Shown here piece after piece: positions 52,111 through 64,000 of a stretch of DNA of 64,000 bases (the first letter of the stretch is position 1; each line of letters starts with the position of its first letter). Under the pieces are notes generated by a model. It had not been told where the DNA came from. It worked only from the letters and a program-made list of their open reading frames with translations, and ran no database searches. The DNA comes from Felis catus. Taxonomy: Eukaryota. The translations under genes were made by a program, and so were the position numbers. The stretch lies in assembly GCF_018350175.1 (NCBI RefSeq), contig NC_058368.1, forward strand, positions 44,704,001-44,768,000, given 5' to 3'.

Positions 52111-53432
52111 AATAGTAGACATTGGTCTTTTTTCCCTCATGACCCCAATATCGAATGTCCCTTTTATTTTTTGAATATTCACACATATAAATGTTCATCG
52201 GAAGCAGGCTTTATCTTCCACTATAGATGCCAACTAGTTGAGTTGCTTCTTTTTCCTGATTCTGAAAAACTGAAGCCTGTACCTATAAACTAAGCTTCGC
52301 CAATAAGATGCTTCCAACAGGAACTTTAAAACTAGAATGAACAAAGCAAGAAGGAAAGTAAGATTTTTGTTTTGTTTTGTTTTTGCATTGTCAGTGTTTC
52401 CAGTCACATCTAGTTTCTTGGGTAATGTGACTCAGCTACTTCATAGAACCAGAATAGATAGAAGCAGATGCCAGCTGGAGCATCCAGTGTCTTTCATGGA
52501 AACATCTTTATCTTCAGCAGACTTTCACAAGGATGTAATTTTGGTCTTGAATTAATTACCAAGTTTCTCTTGGTTTCATCCAGGTTCTTGATTTTACCTG
52601 AGCATGTGCATAGCCCTGAACATGCACTTGGCTTTTAATCACTTTTCTCAGCTAGCCCTTTGTTCATGGATCAGTCCATTTCTGTTTATTGTACCCATTG
52701 AAGAAAAATTCCTTCATGGTGACATCAACAGGAATGGTAGAATAAAGACATCCAAAAATCCACTACTCCATAAAAGTAATGAGAACACTGGCAACTGTAT
52801 TGAAATCAGAACTTTGGAAAATAAATAAGGCTTATAAATATTTGAAGAGCATTTATTCAAGAAAAATAGCTGAATCTAGATAAGAACAGTAAGTTTGCTT
52901 GGTTTTAACCTGTCCTTTTTCCATTCATTGACAGGGCCCCATGTGGCCAGGGAACTCAGACATCATCTTGCCTGCAGTCAGATTCCAGAGCTGGGGCAGG
53001 GCAGGATGGAGGTGAGTGAGGCTTTCCCCTGAGCTTTACAATAGCCTTGAAAACCAACAACCTCACAATCAAAGTAGTCATGAAATCCATCAGGCTGGCA
53101 GCCACTGGAGGGCCCGGCACAGATTTGGAGATTCTTCAGAAGTCCTATACTCAAAGAACTGTTTTTATCTGACCTCTCTGCCAGTTCTCTGGAAACCTTC
53201 ACTTGCAGGGCTTGCCTTTCTGTCTGTTGACCAAGGCTTCCTTTTACTGAGAATGCTCCAGGACATATATCAAAGGAAAAAGCAATCAGAGGCAATTATT
53301 GAATATCATATCTACCCTAGGTGGTGAAATTAGGTGAGGCTAATTCAGGGATGTGTGTATGCTCAGGCAAAATCAATAGGTATCTCTCACTGACCTTGAG
53401 GATCTGTATAAACAGGAAGTGAAGGTTAAGGC

Positions 53433-53905
53433 ATGAGGAGTCCAGCTCCTGGTTAAAAATCTACATGGGATTTTATAGACCTGACCACAGGTAATTATAC
53501 TATCTTTACCCGGGAGGACTCACTAAGGAAATCTGCTCTCCCTACACCAGTCTTTGTGCACAGTCAAGGTACTGCAGTCTCTGAAGGGAGCTGCAATCAA
53601 GGACTCAGACCCCTTTGGCTGGTCACACCCTTCATGTATTTGCATGCCTAGCCCAGGCACCTTTATTCCCCGGGCTTAAGAAGAGGTCTTCTTCAGGCAC
53701 CTCTGCCAAAGTTTCCTTATGGGGGAAGAGGAGGAAAACTTGTCTTTGTTGGCATACTCCTTTAACACTTCAGTGTGCATGCTGGTGTACTCCTTTAACA
53801 CTTCAGTAGGCAGTTAACAACTCTGCCTTGTTAGGAACCCAACTGAGCTGAGAGCCAGAGAGCAGAGCACAAGGGACCACTGGTAGGATAAGCGCAAAGA
53901 TATGC
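53433..53905 (-). mobile_element. Solo LTR (carnivore ERV1-like) inserted in the L1
   Basis: GC-richer block starting tgaggagtcc (reverse ...ggactcctca); internal 20-bp direct repeat tactcctttaacacttcagt; L1 homology on both sides. Confidence 0.55.
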
Positions 53906-54277
53906 ACACCTGGCACATCACAAACCATCCAACACCAAAGACAGAATCTTGAAAGTAGCCAAAGAGTAGCAACATATTACATACAGGGGATTCTCCTTAC
54001 AAGGTTATCCTCATCAGATGATGAGGAGGCCGGAAGACAATGGGATGACATATTCAAAGTGCTGAAAGAAAAAGACCATTAAGAATTTTATATTCTTCAA
54101 AAATAAAGGAGAAGTGATCTCATACTCCGGTTAAAAACAAACAAATTGTGGGAATTTATTGCCAGCAGACCTGCCCTATAGGCAATACTATAAGGAGTCC
54201 TTCAGGCCAAAATGTTGACATTTTTAGACAGTAATACAAATTCTATAAAGAATAAGAGCACTGATAAGTTAATATAT

Positions 54278-54300
54278 TTTTAATGTTTGTTTATTTATTT

Positions 54301-54332
<32 letters not shown>

Positions 54333-54351
54333 CAAGCATGACCAGGACAGC

Positions 54352-54387
<36 letters not shown>

Positions 54388-54512
54388 CCCAAGCAGCCTC
54401 TACACTGTCGGCACAGAGCTTGAGGTGGAACTCGACATCACAAACATGAGATCATGACCCAAGCCCAAATCAAGACTCGGACCCTTAACTGACTGGACCA
54501 TCCAGGTTCCCC
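54278..54512 (-). mobile_element. CAN-SINE with (GA)n microsatellites
   Basis: Two GA runs; gagatcatgacc; ccatccaggttcccc. Confidence 0.9.
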
Positions 54513-55863
54513 AGTATTTTTGGTTTACAACTTTATTTTCTCCTATTTTATTTAAAAGACATTTACTCAAAGCAATAATTTTACATCTGTGTTGATGGAT
54601 GTATAAATATGTACTTTGTATCACAATAATAATAAATATATGGAAATTAAACACACTACTAAATATTAATGGGTCAAAGAAAGTCTAAAAAATAAATACT
54701 TTGAGAAGAATGAAAATGAAGACACAAAAACACCAAAACTTCTGGAGTGCACCTGAAGCACGGAAAGTATAGCTGCTAAAAATTAAGAAGGATCTCATTT
54801 CACGGTGTGTGTATATATTAAACCAGCATGTTGCACACTGTAAACAGAACAAAAAAAATAAAAAAAGTGTTATGTTGAAAAAAAAAGAAGAATCTCAAAC
54901 CAACAACCTAACCTTAACCTTAAATAAAAGAAAAGCAAACCCAATGCAAACAGAAGAAAAGTAATATTAAAAAATAGAATGGAAATAAATAAAATGGAGA
55001 CTAGAATAAAGAAAACCAGGAAAATGGCAGTTGGTTCTTTGAAAATATCAACACAATTGACAAACCTTTAAATAGTTGGAAAAAGAGAGAGAGAGCCAAG
55101 TGCCAGCTACTAAAATCAGATGTAAAATAGGGAACATCACTACCTACCTTAAAGAAACAGAATGGATATTAAGGGAATACTATAAAGAATATAAACCACC
55201 AATTTAGATATTGTAATGAGATTGACAAATTCCTAGGAAGTCACCAGCTAGAGAGTGATTCAAGAAGAAACAGAAAAATCTGAATAGATCAATAAAAATA
55301 AAGAGATTTAGTAATTCAAAACCTGTGTCTTTCTGATGAATTCTACTAAATCTTTAAAGAATTAACATTAATCATTCACAAACTATTCCACAAGCTAGGA
55401 GATAAATGAACACTTCCCAAATCATTTCATGAAACCAGTTATTACCTCAATACTCAAGCCAAAGATATCACAAGAAAAATACAGACCAATATTCTTTATG
55501 AATATAGATGAAAAAGCTTTCACAAAACACTAGCAAACCAAAAACAGCAACATACGAAAAGGATTATAGACCATGACCAAGTGAGATTTTTCTGAAAAAA
55601 TAATAAGGTGATTAACATCTGAAAATCAATTAATGTAATACACTGTACTTTTAAAATAAAGGGAAAAATCACATGCTCTTCATATAGATGCAAGAAAAGC
55701 ATTTGACAAAATCCCAGTATCTTTTATGATAAAACACTCAACTGGCTAGAAATATAAGGGAGTTTTCTTAAGCTGATAAAGAGCATCCACAAAAGAAAAA
55801 AAGAATAACATCACATTTAATAGTGAATAACTGAAACCTTATCCCTTAGTTTAAGAAAAAGGC

Positions 55864-56075
55864 AGGAGCGCCTGGGTGGCTCAGTTGGTTAAATGTCCAA
55901 CTTTGCTCTGGTCATGATCTCACAGTTCATGGGTTTGAGCCCCGCGTCCGGCACTGTGCTGACAGCTTGGAGCCTGGAGCCTGCTTCAGAGTCTGTGTCT
56001 CCCTCTATCTCTGCCCCTCACCCACTCACACTCTGTCTCTCTGTCAAAAATAAATAAACATTAAAAAAAATTAAA
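55864..56075 (+). mobile_element. CAN-SINE
   Basis: TSD aagaaaaaggca on both sides. Confidence 0.93.
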
Positions 56076-56180
56076 AGAAAAAGGCAACAATGTCCCCTCT
56101 TGCTATTTCTTATCAGTATTGTGCTGGAGGTTCCATCTAGGGCCAGAAGGCAAAAATGAGAAATAAAGACCATATGGTTT

Positions 56181-56340
56181 TGGGGTCTCCTGGGTGGCTC
56201 AGTCAGTTAAGTGTTTGACAGAGCCCTGCATTGGGCTCTGTGCTGACAGCTCAGAGCCTGGAGCCTGCTTCAGATTCTGTGTCTCCCGCTCCCCTGCTTG
56301 TGCTCTCTCTCTCAAAACTAAATAAACTTTAAAAATTTTT
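56181..56340 (+). mobile_element. Internally deleted CAN-SINE
   Basis: TSD aaataaagaccatatggttt; lacks the ctcaggtcatgatctc...B-box segment. Confidence 0.9.
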
Positions 56341-56604
56341 AAATAAAGACCATATGGTTTCTCAAAAAGGAAATAAAAGCATTTCTCTTTGCAAATAACA
56401 TTATATGTATAGCCAAAAAATTCTTGAAAAAAGAACAACAAAGTCAGAGGGCTCAAACTTCTCAATGTCAAAATTTCAATGACTACAAAATGAGAGCAAT
56501 AAAGACAGTGTGACACTGGCATAAGGACAGAAACAGAAACAAAAGGAATAGATTTGAGATTCCATAAATAAACCCTCACACTTACGACCAATTAATTTGT
56601 TACT

Positions 56605-56754
56605 TCTTTTTTCAAACTTTTATTTAAATTCCCATTAACATACAGTGTAATACTAGTTTCAGGTACAGAACATACTGATTCATCACATCCAGTGCTCATC
56701 CCATCAAGTGCCTTCCTTAATCTCCATCACCTATTTAATTTATCCCTCTGACCA

Positions 56755-56800
<46 letters not shown>

Positions 56801-57378
56801 ATAATTTGCCCTCTTTCCATAATTGGGCTATTGTTGATAATATGCTATAAACATCAGGGTCCATGTATCTCTTCAAATCAGTATTTTTGTATCCTGGGGT
56901 AAATATCTAGGGTAAATCCAGAAATTGCTGGGTCGTGTGGTAGTTCTATTTTTAACTTTTTGAGGAAACTCCACATTGTTTTCCAGAGTGGCTGCACCAG
57001 TTTGTATTCCCACCAATAGTGTACGAGGGTTTCTTTTTCTCAAATCCTCTCTAACACCTGCTGTTTCTTGTGTTGTTGATTTTAGCCATTCTAACAGATG
57101 TGCGGTGGTATGTCAAGGTGGCTTTTATTTGCATTTCCCAGATGATGAATGATGTTGAACATCATCTCCTGTGTCTGTTTGTCATCTGTATGTCTTCTTT
57201 GGAGAAATGTCTGTTCATAACTTCTGACCATTTTTAATTGGATTATTAGGGTTTTTTTTGCTGTTGAGTTGTATGAGTTCTTTATGTGTTTTGGATATTA
57301 ACCCCTTATTGGATATATCATTTGCAAATATCGCCTTCCATTCAGTAGGTTGTCTTTTTGTTTGCTGATGGCTTTCTT
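56605..57378 (-). mobile_element. Carnivore L1 3' fragment, antisense, containing (TA)n at ~56757-56798
   Basis: gtagttctatttttaactttttgaggaaactcca, ttctttggagaaatgtct, tttgcaaatatc. Confidence 0.9.
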
Positions 57379-57670
57379 TAGACAAATATCACATTATTTT
57401 ATTCATATGTGGATTTTAAGAAATGAAACGAATGACCAACAACAATGAGAAAAGGATAAACAAAACAACTGACTCTTAAATATAGAGAACAAACTGGTGG
57501 TATTCAGAGGGGAGGTGGGTGGGGATGGGGGAAATGGGAAAAGGAGAATAAATCATATGAGTACTGAGTAATGTATAGATTGTTGCATCACTGTATTGCC
57601 CACCTAAAACTAATACAACACGGTATGTTGATTATACTGAGATTAAGAATAAATAAGTAAATATAAAATT
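57379..57670 (+). mobile_element. L1 3'UTR terminal fragment
   Basis: gactcttaaatatagagaacaaactggtgg...aaactaatacaacacggtatgtt. Confidence 0.8.
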
Positions 57671-57937
57671 AAATTTAAAAAGACAATTCAATGAGAAAGA
57701 AAGTTTATTATTGTTTTTTTTAACAAATGGTGCTGAGACAACATGCAAAAGAATGAAGTCAAATTGCTTCTTCACACCATGTGCAAAAACTAACTCAAAA
57801 TGAACTATATTCTTAAATTTAAGTACTAAAAGTATCACATTTCTAAAAGAAAACATAGGCATAAATTTTCATGACCATAGATTAGACAACATTTTCTTGG
57901 ATATGTCACTGAAAGCATTAGAAATAAAAGAAAAAAC

Positions 57938-58505
57938 CTCATAACCCAGTAATTGCACTACTAGGTATTTATCCAAGGGATACAGATGTGCTGTTTCGAA
58001 GGGGCACATGCACCCCAATGTTTATAACAGCACTATCAACAATAGCCAAAGTATGTAAAGAGCCCAAATGTCCATTGATGGATGAATGTATAAAGATGTG
58101 GTATATATATACAATGGAATATTACTCAGCAATCACAGGGAATGAAATCTTGCCATTTGCAACTATGTGGATGGAACTAGAAGGTATTATGCTAAGTGAA
58201 ATTAGTCAGTTAGAGAAAGACAAAAATCATATGACTTCACTCATATGAGGACTTTAAGATATGAGGACATAAGGGAAGGGAAGCAAAAATAATATAAAAA
58301 AACAGGGAGGGGGACAAAACATAAGACACTCTTAAATATGGAGAATAAACAGAGGGTTGCTGGAGGAGTTGTGGGAGGGCGGATGGTCTAAACGGGTAAG
58401 GGGCATTAAGGAATCTACTCCTGAAATCATTGTTGCGCTATATGCTAAATAACTTGGACATAGATTGAAAAATAAATTAATTAAAAATATTATGTGAAAA
58501 AAAGA
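57938..58505 (+). mobile_element. Felid-type L1 3' end (ORF2 C-terminus and 3'UTR)
   Basis: ORF 57988-58248 CTPMFITALSTIAK..KEPKCP..MWYIYTMEYYSAI..NEILPFATMWMELEGIMLSEISQ. Confidence 0.93.
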
Positions 58506-59439
58506 AAAGAGAAATAATTTGAACTTCATCAAGTTAATAATTTTTGTGCTTCAAAGGACACTGTCAAGGTAGTTAAAATAGAATGCATATAATGTATAAA
58601 AATATTTGAAAACTCATATCTAACAGAAGACATTTTCAGAATATACAAAGAACTATTAAATTCGACAGTGAAAACAATCTAAACAAAAAATAGACAAAAC
58701 GTTTGAATAGATATTTCTCCAAAGAATATGAGTAAATGTCAATAAGCACAGAAAAAGTTTTTTAAAATTATTCAGTAGGAAATGCATGTAAAACCACAGT
58801 GAGATACCATTTCATATATACTCAGATAATTACAATATAAAAAGAAAGGATAATAAGTGTTGGCAGGGATGTGGAGAAATTTGTACCCTCATACATTACT
58901 GAGGGGATAGAAAATGGTGCAACCATTCTGAAAACCAATCAGCAGTTCCTCCAGTAATAAAATATAGAGTTATTATGTGACTCAACAATTCCACTCCTAT
59001 ATCTACCTATATCTATATCATCTATATCTATATCTATCTGTATCTATCTATATCTATAAGAGAATTGAAAACATAGTACAGAAAAAAGGCATACATGAAT
59101 GTTCATAGCAGTTTTATTTTATTCATAATAGTCCAAAAGTGGAAACAACCCAAATGTCTTTCTATTTATGATGTAAAAACATCATGTGATAAATTCTAAC
59201 AATGGAACATTATTCAACCATAAAAGGAAGGAGGAAAAGATACATGCTACAACAGGAATGAACCTTGAAAGCATTATGCTATGTAAAAGAAGCCGTAAAC
59301 AAAAGACCACACATTATATGATTCTATGTATATGAAATGTCCAGAATAGGCAAATCCATAGACAGAAAGTAGATTATTATTGTTAGGTGCTAGGAGGATG
59401 GGAGAAGGAAGATCAAGTACTTTTGGGTACACAGTTTCT

Positions 59440-59900
59440 TTATTTTTTTTTCTTTTTTAATATTTATTTATGTTTGAGAAAGAGAGAGCGTGAGCAGGGG
59501 TGGGGCAGAGAGAGAGAGGGGGGCAAAGCATCCAAAGCAGGCTCCACACTGTCAGCAGTGAGACTGATGAGGGACTCCAACTCAAAAACCGCAAGATCAT
59601 GGCCTGAGCTGAAGTTGGATGCTCAACTGACTGAACCCCCAGGCACCACAAGTACAGTTCCTTTTTAAGATAATAAAAATACTTTGTGGGGGTGGCTGGG
59701 GGGCTCAGTCGGTTAAGCGTCCCACTTCGGCTCAGGTCATTATCTCACAGTTCGTGGGTTCAAGCCCTGCGTTGGGCTCTGTGCTGAGAGCGGGGAGTCT
59801 GCTTCAGATTCTGTGACTCCCTCTCACTCTTCCCCTCCCCTGCTCACACTCTGTCTCTTTCTCTCTGAAAAAAATAAATAAATATAAAAATATTTTTTAA
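59440..59900. mobile_element. Head-to-head CAN-SINE pair (minus ~59440-59647; plus ~59688-59900)
   Basis: Two opposite-orientation bodies about 40 nt apart; the second has TSD aagataataaaaata. Confidence 0.92.
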
Positions 59901-60574
59901 AAAGATAATAAAAATATTTTGGAATTTAATAGTGGTGATGGCTGCACAACTGTAAATATACTCAAAAGCACTCAATTCTACACTTTAAAACTTGAATTTA
60001 CGGTGTGTGGATTTTACCTGAATTGAAAACTAAACAAAATAAAAATAAAAACAACTCCTACCATATGTTGAATATACAACATTGGTTCCTAGCATGTAGA
60101 AAATCCACAATAATCCACAGCTATCTTACTCTTTATCAATTTCTCCTGAAAAGACATAATTGCAAGCACTGTATTGTAGTAATGTCTTATTCAGTTTTAT
60201 ATAATATAAAATGTGGTGCAAAAAAGTCATGATATGTGGATTATGTGCTTCAAAGACATAAATGCCAAAATAAAAACTCTTAGCATATTGAGAGAACTGT
60301 GGTCTTAATTAGTTTAATTCTCTAGGCAGATGCATTGCTCCCTTGACATCACAGACTTAATATGCATATAAGTTTTCTATGCTATTTTATGCAGCAGAAG
60401 GAGCTTTCTTCATTTATTGATAGCTATGAAACATTTTTGGCCACATAATCATCTTTAGCAACCAAGGAACTCATGTGACTTTCTCAAAAAATAATTCAAG
60501 GTTTTGTTTTTCCTATACAAATCAAGTGAGAAAAAAAAAGCCATACAGGTCAAAAATGTCTTGAATTTTATACA

Positions 60575-60670
60575 TTATATATATAATATATTATATATAT
60601 ATATATATAATATATATATAATATAATATATATATAATATATATATATTTATATATTTTACATATTTTTA
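60575..60670. repeat. AT-only low-complexity (TA)n-like tract
   Basis: Almost exclusively A/T alternation. Confidence 0.9.
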
Positions 60671-61547
60671 AGTTTTACTTTAGCCTGTTACTTCTAGTCG
60701 TTTGAATGCATAACATGGGATTACATAGTCAATTTTGTAATTTCACTGCATATCGCAGAATAAGTACTGATTATATGGCAAATAAAATGGGGCATTCTAA
60801 TTTCTGAACGAATAAAAAACTAGCACAGAAGGCTGTTGATTTACATTCAAACCAAATACCAGGGATTACATAAAGGGAAGGTCATGGTGCGTTTTTGAAA
60901 AACAAACATTGACACTGTAAAAAATAATTAGAAAAACAAAAGTTCTTGTAACTTACTGAGACAAATTTCATGGCACTGCAATGGGGGAATATCTTGGAGG
61001 AAAAATTGATCTGTGCTTTTTTGATGTGGTCAAAAGAACAACCAGTGAACCCTCTACATTGCTTGGCAGCAAGAGAGCAGAACCCATCAAGAGCCTGCCA
61101 TAATTGGCTGGATGACATCAGAATGTCGTCAGAGCCCAGCTTAAAGGAAGAACTGTTAACAGCAGAAGCAAATAGACTTACTGGTTCAGAACATTCCCTT
61201 CCTATCCAAGCTTCCAGTCCTATAGTTAGGGCATCACAGATAAAGAAGAAAGGCATAAGGACATTTATTTGCAAGTGAAAGTAAACAGATGTGTCCCTGA
61301 GGGTTACATGTTAGGAATAACAGCCGATAGGTTGCACAAAACCAGCTTGCAAGGTCAGGGCTCCACACCCTGGCATAACCCTCGCATCCAGTCCTGAATG
61401 TTTTGAGAGGGCACAAAGAATGGCATATGCCTTAACTCCCATTCAATTAGCCAAAGTGTCTGATATATTCATATGACTTAAAAATTACAGTTAAAAATAC
61501 AGTTAAAAATTACACATTTCCATGGTTACAACTACTGTTAAAATAAA

Positions 61548-61735
61548 ATTAGAAGAGAAGAAGAAAAAAAAGGAGGAAGAAAAAATAGATATGGGGGAGA
61601 AGGGGAAGCAGAAGCCGAAGCGGAGGGAGAAAAAGAACAGCAACAGGAGGAGGAGAAAAAGGATGACTAACAGGAAAAAGAGAAGAGTAAGAGGAGAGCT
61701 GAAAGAGGAATTTGAGGAAGAGAAGGAAGATGATC
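61548..61735. repeat. Polypurine low-complexity tract
   Basis: GAA/GAG-rich; gives the spurious K/E/R ORF. Confidence 0.85.
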
Positions 61736-63386
61736 ACATATAATAAACAAAAAAGAAGTAAAGAGGCAGATAGGAATTTGAAATAGGTATAATAAATAGC
61801 CTCACAGAGACAAGGAGGAATATTAATACCATGGAAGAAGAAAGCAATTATAGTGAATTACCAAGCAGGAATAACGAGTTTGTGAAAAAAATTAATTAAG
61901 ATCAAGACATCATTATATGGGAGAAATATCATGATGCATGAAGATTAAGGACAATTTGGAGGGCTAGATATTAAAATTAGCCAATAGGAAGGGATAAAAG
62001 AAAACATACAAAATTAAACTAAAAAGCTATGGTGAATTAAATAAGAAATATCAACATCAATGTAATAGGAGTCCCCAGGAGAAGGTAAATCAAAGATTGA
62101 TGTGTATATCGAAGGGACAGAAATCTTGGGCCAAGGAGGCTTATTGCATCTGAGTGTGACATAGAATGATGAACTTCTGGGATTCAACTGATCACAAGGA
62201 ATGTGATTGATCATAAAGGAAACACTCAACTTCATCAGGAAACACACATGTATCTTGCATTGCTATCAATCTGGCTTCAGCTGATTAGAGCTTGGATTGG
62301 CATCCAAGTTGAAGGCAGCTTTCTATGTACTGGGCATTGCTAGCAATCTATGAGGCACTCTGGGATGAGAATTGTGTCCAGAAATGATGCTCTATCTACT
62401 AATTCAACAAGGATGGATCTTGGGGAGTATTGTAGGAGATAATTTTTAAAAAAAAAACTGACAGGAAGCAATAGCCCCTAGGAAGTAAAACAGAGGAAGC
62501 CAATGGCATAAGATATGGAGGAGAGGTGAGCCACTTGATAATAGAAGTGAAAGAATGAAAAACACAAAGCAAGGGAGGGCGAGGAATGAAAATAGTGGAC
62601 TACTACAGTTAGTATTGGGTCCCCAAAACTTGTGAGAAATGCTGCACTACATTTCAGATACCTGAAATACTTATTAGCTCATGTCATTTGCTGTGCAGCC
62701 TTACTTCCACATGAACCTTTACAATGAACCCTTTAGCAAATAAGAAAAACTGAAAGACCATACCCCAGGTTACCGTTTTGTCCAGTCCTGACGCCTAGAG
62801 GAGAGGATGCTGTGTGACAGAATTTGGAGGCACACCATCACCTTGTACACTTTAAACACTTGAAATTATATAGCATAAGATGTATTCTCAGTGAAATTTT
62901 TTCAAGTATGTTCTCTTAGCATGCAAATAACCTACACAATTGAACCTTAGTACACCTTAATAGAAAATTACTGAATTGTCGAAAACAAAAAGGAAGAAGG
63001 AGACATTAAATTCTAAACATTCTAAACCAGAGTGCTTATTCTCTACATTTCACTCAAACAGAAACATAGGTAATTAGATAGCTAGATAATTAAAACAACA
63101 CATATAGCTTTTACATGGATATAAAAGCAAAAATCCTCCATTATATTTGGAAAACAATCATGTAAGAAACCTTTAATACTCATGAATGTTACCTGGGAAG
63201 AATAATTTGCTGTTAATATTTTCATATTATAATTTGGTTCCATGTGATTTAAATAAATTACATAGTTATTAAAGCAAAAAATTTTAGAACTTGAAAAGTT
63301 TTTCATATATTTATTACTATTCCTTAATTTACTAATACCTAATGTGAAAAAAGGGAGGTAAGCTAAAAGATCAAATAGTCCAGACC

Positions 63387-63390
63387 TATT

Positions 63391-63425
<35 letters not shown>

Positions 63426-63450
63426 TGTTATTTATTTATTTGTTTATTTG

Positions 63451-63481
<31 letters not shown>
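63387..63481. repeat. (TTTA)n microsatellite
   Basis: Tandem attt units with few interruptions. Confidence 0.93.
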
Positions 63482-63482
<1 letters not shown>

Positions 63483-64000
63483 TGTTTGCTTAAATTGATC
63501 GTAGAGTAAACAAGAATGGGAAGTGCAGTGCTAGAGATATCAAAATTGAACTAGTATTAATATGTATTTTAGAAATGTTCTATAATTTTGCTTGCCTATG
63601 AATGTCTAAATCAATGAATTTGCAATTAAACCTGGATAGCTCTCTAATATGTATATTATAAATACATGAAAGACACTTAATTGACTACTTGCCATATTTC
63701 AGGTATTCAAAAAAAGTCATTTGTACTTCTCTTTGTAATCCCCATGGTACAAGTACAAATTCAGGAACTGTTCGCCTTTATTTCATTCCTCTTTTCAAAT
63801 ATTTGTATAGGACTTTACAATTCACACAGTGATTTCATAACATTATACTTATATTTTTATCTACTTAATAACTTTGAATTGGTGGCAAGTCTTGAAATTG
63901 AAGTCTTATGGTTTAAGTGCTGTCTTCAAATCATGTCAATACGGTAGATTCAAGACTCACATCCAGATCATCTGAATCCCAATATAGTTCTCTGCATCTC

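Larger units (their letters stand above)
52715..60045 (+). mobile_element. Old L1 (L1MB/L1M4-like) spanning 5'UTR, ORF1/ORF2 remnants and 3'UTR, with many nested insertions
   Basis: 5'UTR motif atcagaactttggaaaataaa...catttattcaagaaaaatagctgaatct; ORF1 remnant tgggatgacatattcaaagtgctgaaagaaaa; ORF2 remnants agttggttctttgaaaa and gaaaagcatttgacaaaatcc; 3'UTR tagtggtgatggctgcacaac. Confidence 0.8.
20934..64000 (-). other. KLHL1: KLHL1 upstream intron (>43 kb, continues beyond the window)
   Basis: AG acceptor at 20934-20935; I recognised no further kelch/BACK-coding exon up to the window end. Confidence 0.75.

Noticed and set aside
56605..57670. Single twin-primed L1
   Set aside because: The minus arm carries its own 3' terminus and tail, so two separate insertions are more likely.
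57988..58248. Open 86-aa ORF with clear protein motifs
   Set aside because: C-terminus of L1 ORF2 in a 5'-truncated copy; not a host gene.
7493..59668. Recurring short ORFs of the type MAQSVKxPTSAQVMIS...LEPASDSVSPSLS
   Set aside because: These are translations of CAN-SINE bodies, not a protein family.
61522..61743. K/E/R-rich 73-aa ORF
   Set aside because: Low-complexity polypurine tract with no splice or homology support.
62400..62740. Possible ancient MaLR/Gypsy-like LTR
   Set aside because: The resemblance is too weak to support without a Dfam search.
1..64000. CRISPR array, operon or other prokaryotic system
   Set aside because: The DNA is mammalian intron; the recurring ~200-nt repeats are dispersed CAN-SINEs, not repeat-spacer arrays, and there are no long ORFs.
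1..64000. ATXN8OS/SCA8-type CTG repeat associated with KLHL1
   Set aside because: That locus lies at the KLHL1 5' end in human; I saw no CTG/CAG tract in this 3' part of the gene.

Overview
This is mammalian (Felidae-type) genomic DNA, not prokaryotic: it is AT-rich, has about 30 carnivore tRNA-derived CAN-SINEs including felid-type young copies, and has no long ORFs. The whole window lies inside the kelch-like 1 gene (KLHL1) on the minus strand. Two coding exons are visible: 20771-20933 (163 nt) and 959-1171 (213 nt). They have canonical GT-AG boundaries, join in frame and encode kelch repeats; by recollection they correspond to human exons 8 and 9. The rest is intron filled with transposable-element relics: a decayed ERV1-class provirus (5986-12164, minus; two LTRs, tRNA-Arg PBS, RNase H/integrase remnants, no visible gag/pro/RT), solo LTRs (ERV1, ERVL/LTR16-like, MaLR), L1 fragments (one with a twin-priming inversion, and one old ~7 kb copy carrying nested insertions), L2, MIR, hAT DNA transposons (MER20, MER5A, MER53-like) and microsatellites. 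Almost all ORFs in the supplied track are repeat-derived or spurious. I found no convincing new biological system. The best leads are the gene-sense provirus with an intact LTR poly(A) signal, young SINEs that may be polymorphic, inverted SINE pairs, and a few unexplained non-repeat segments. Repeat subfamily names come from recalled consensus sequences and repeat boundaries are approximate.
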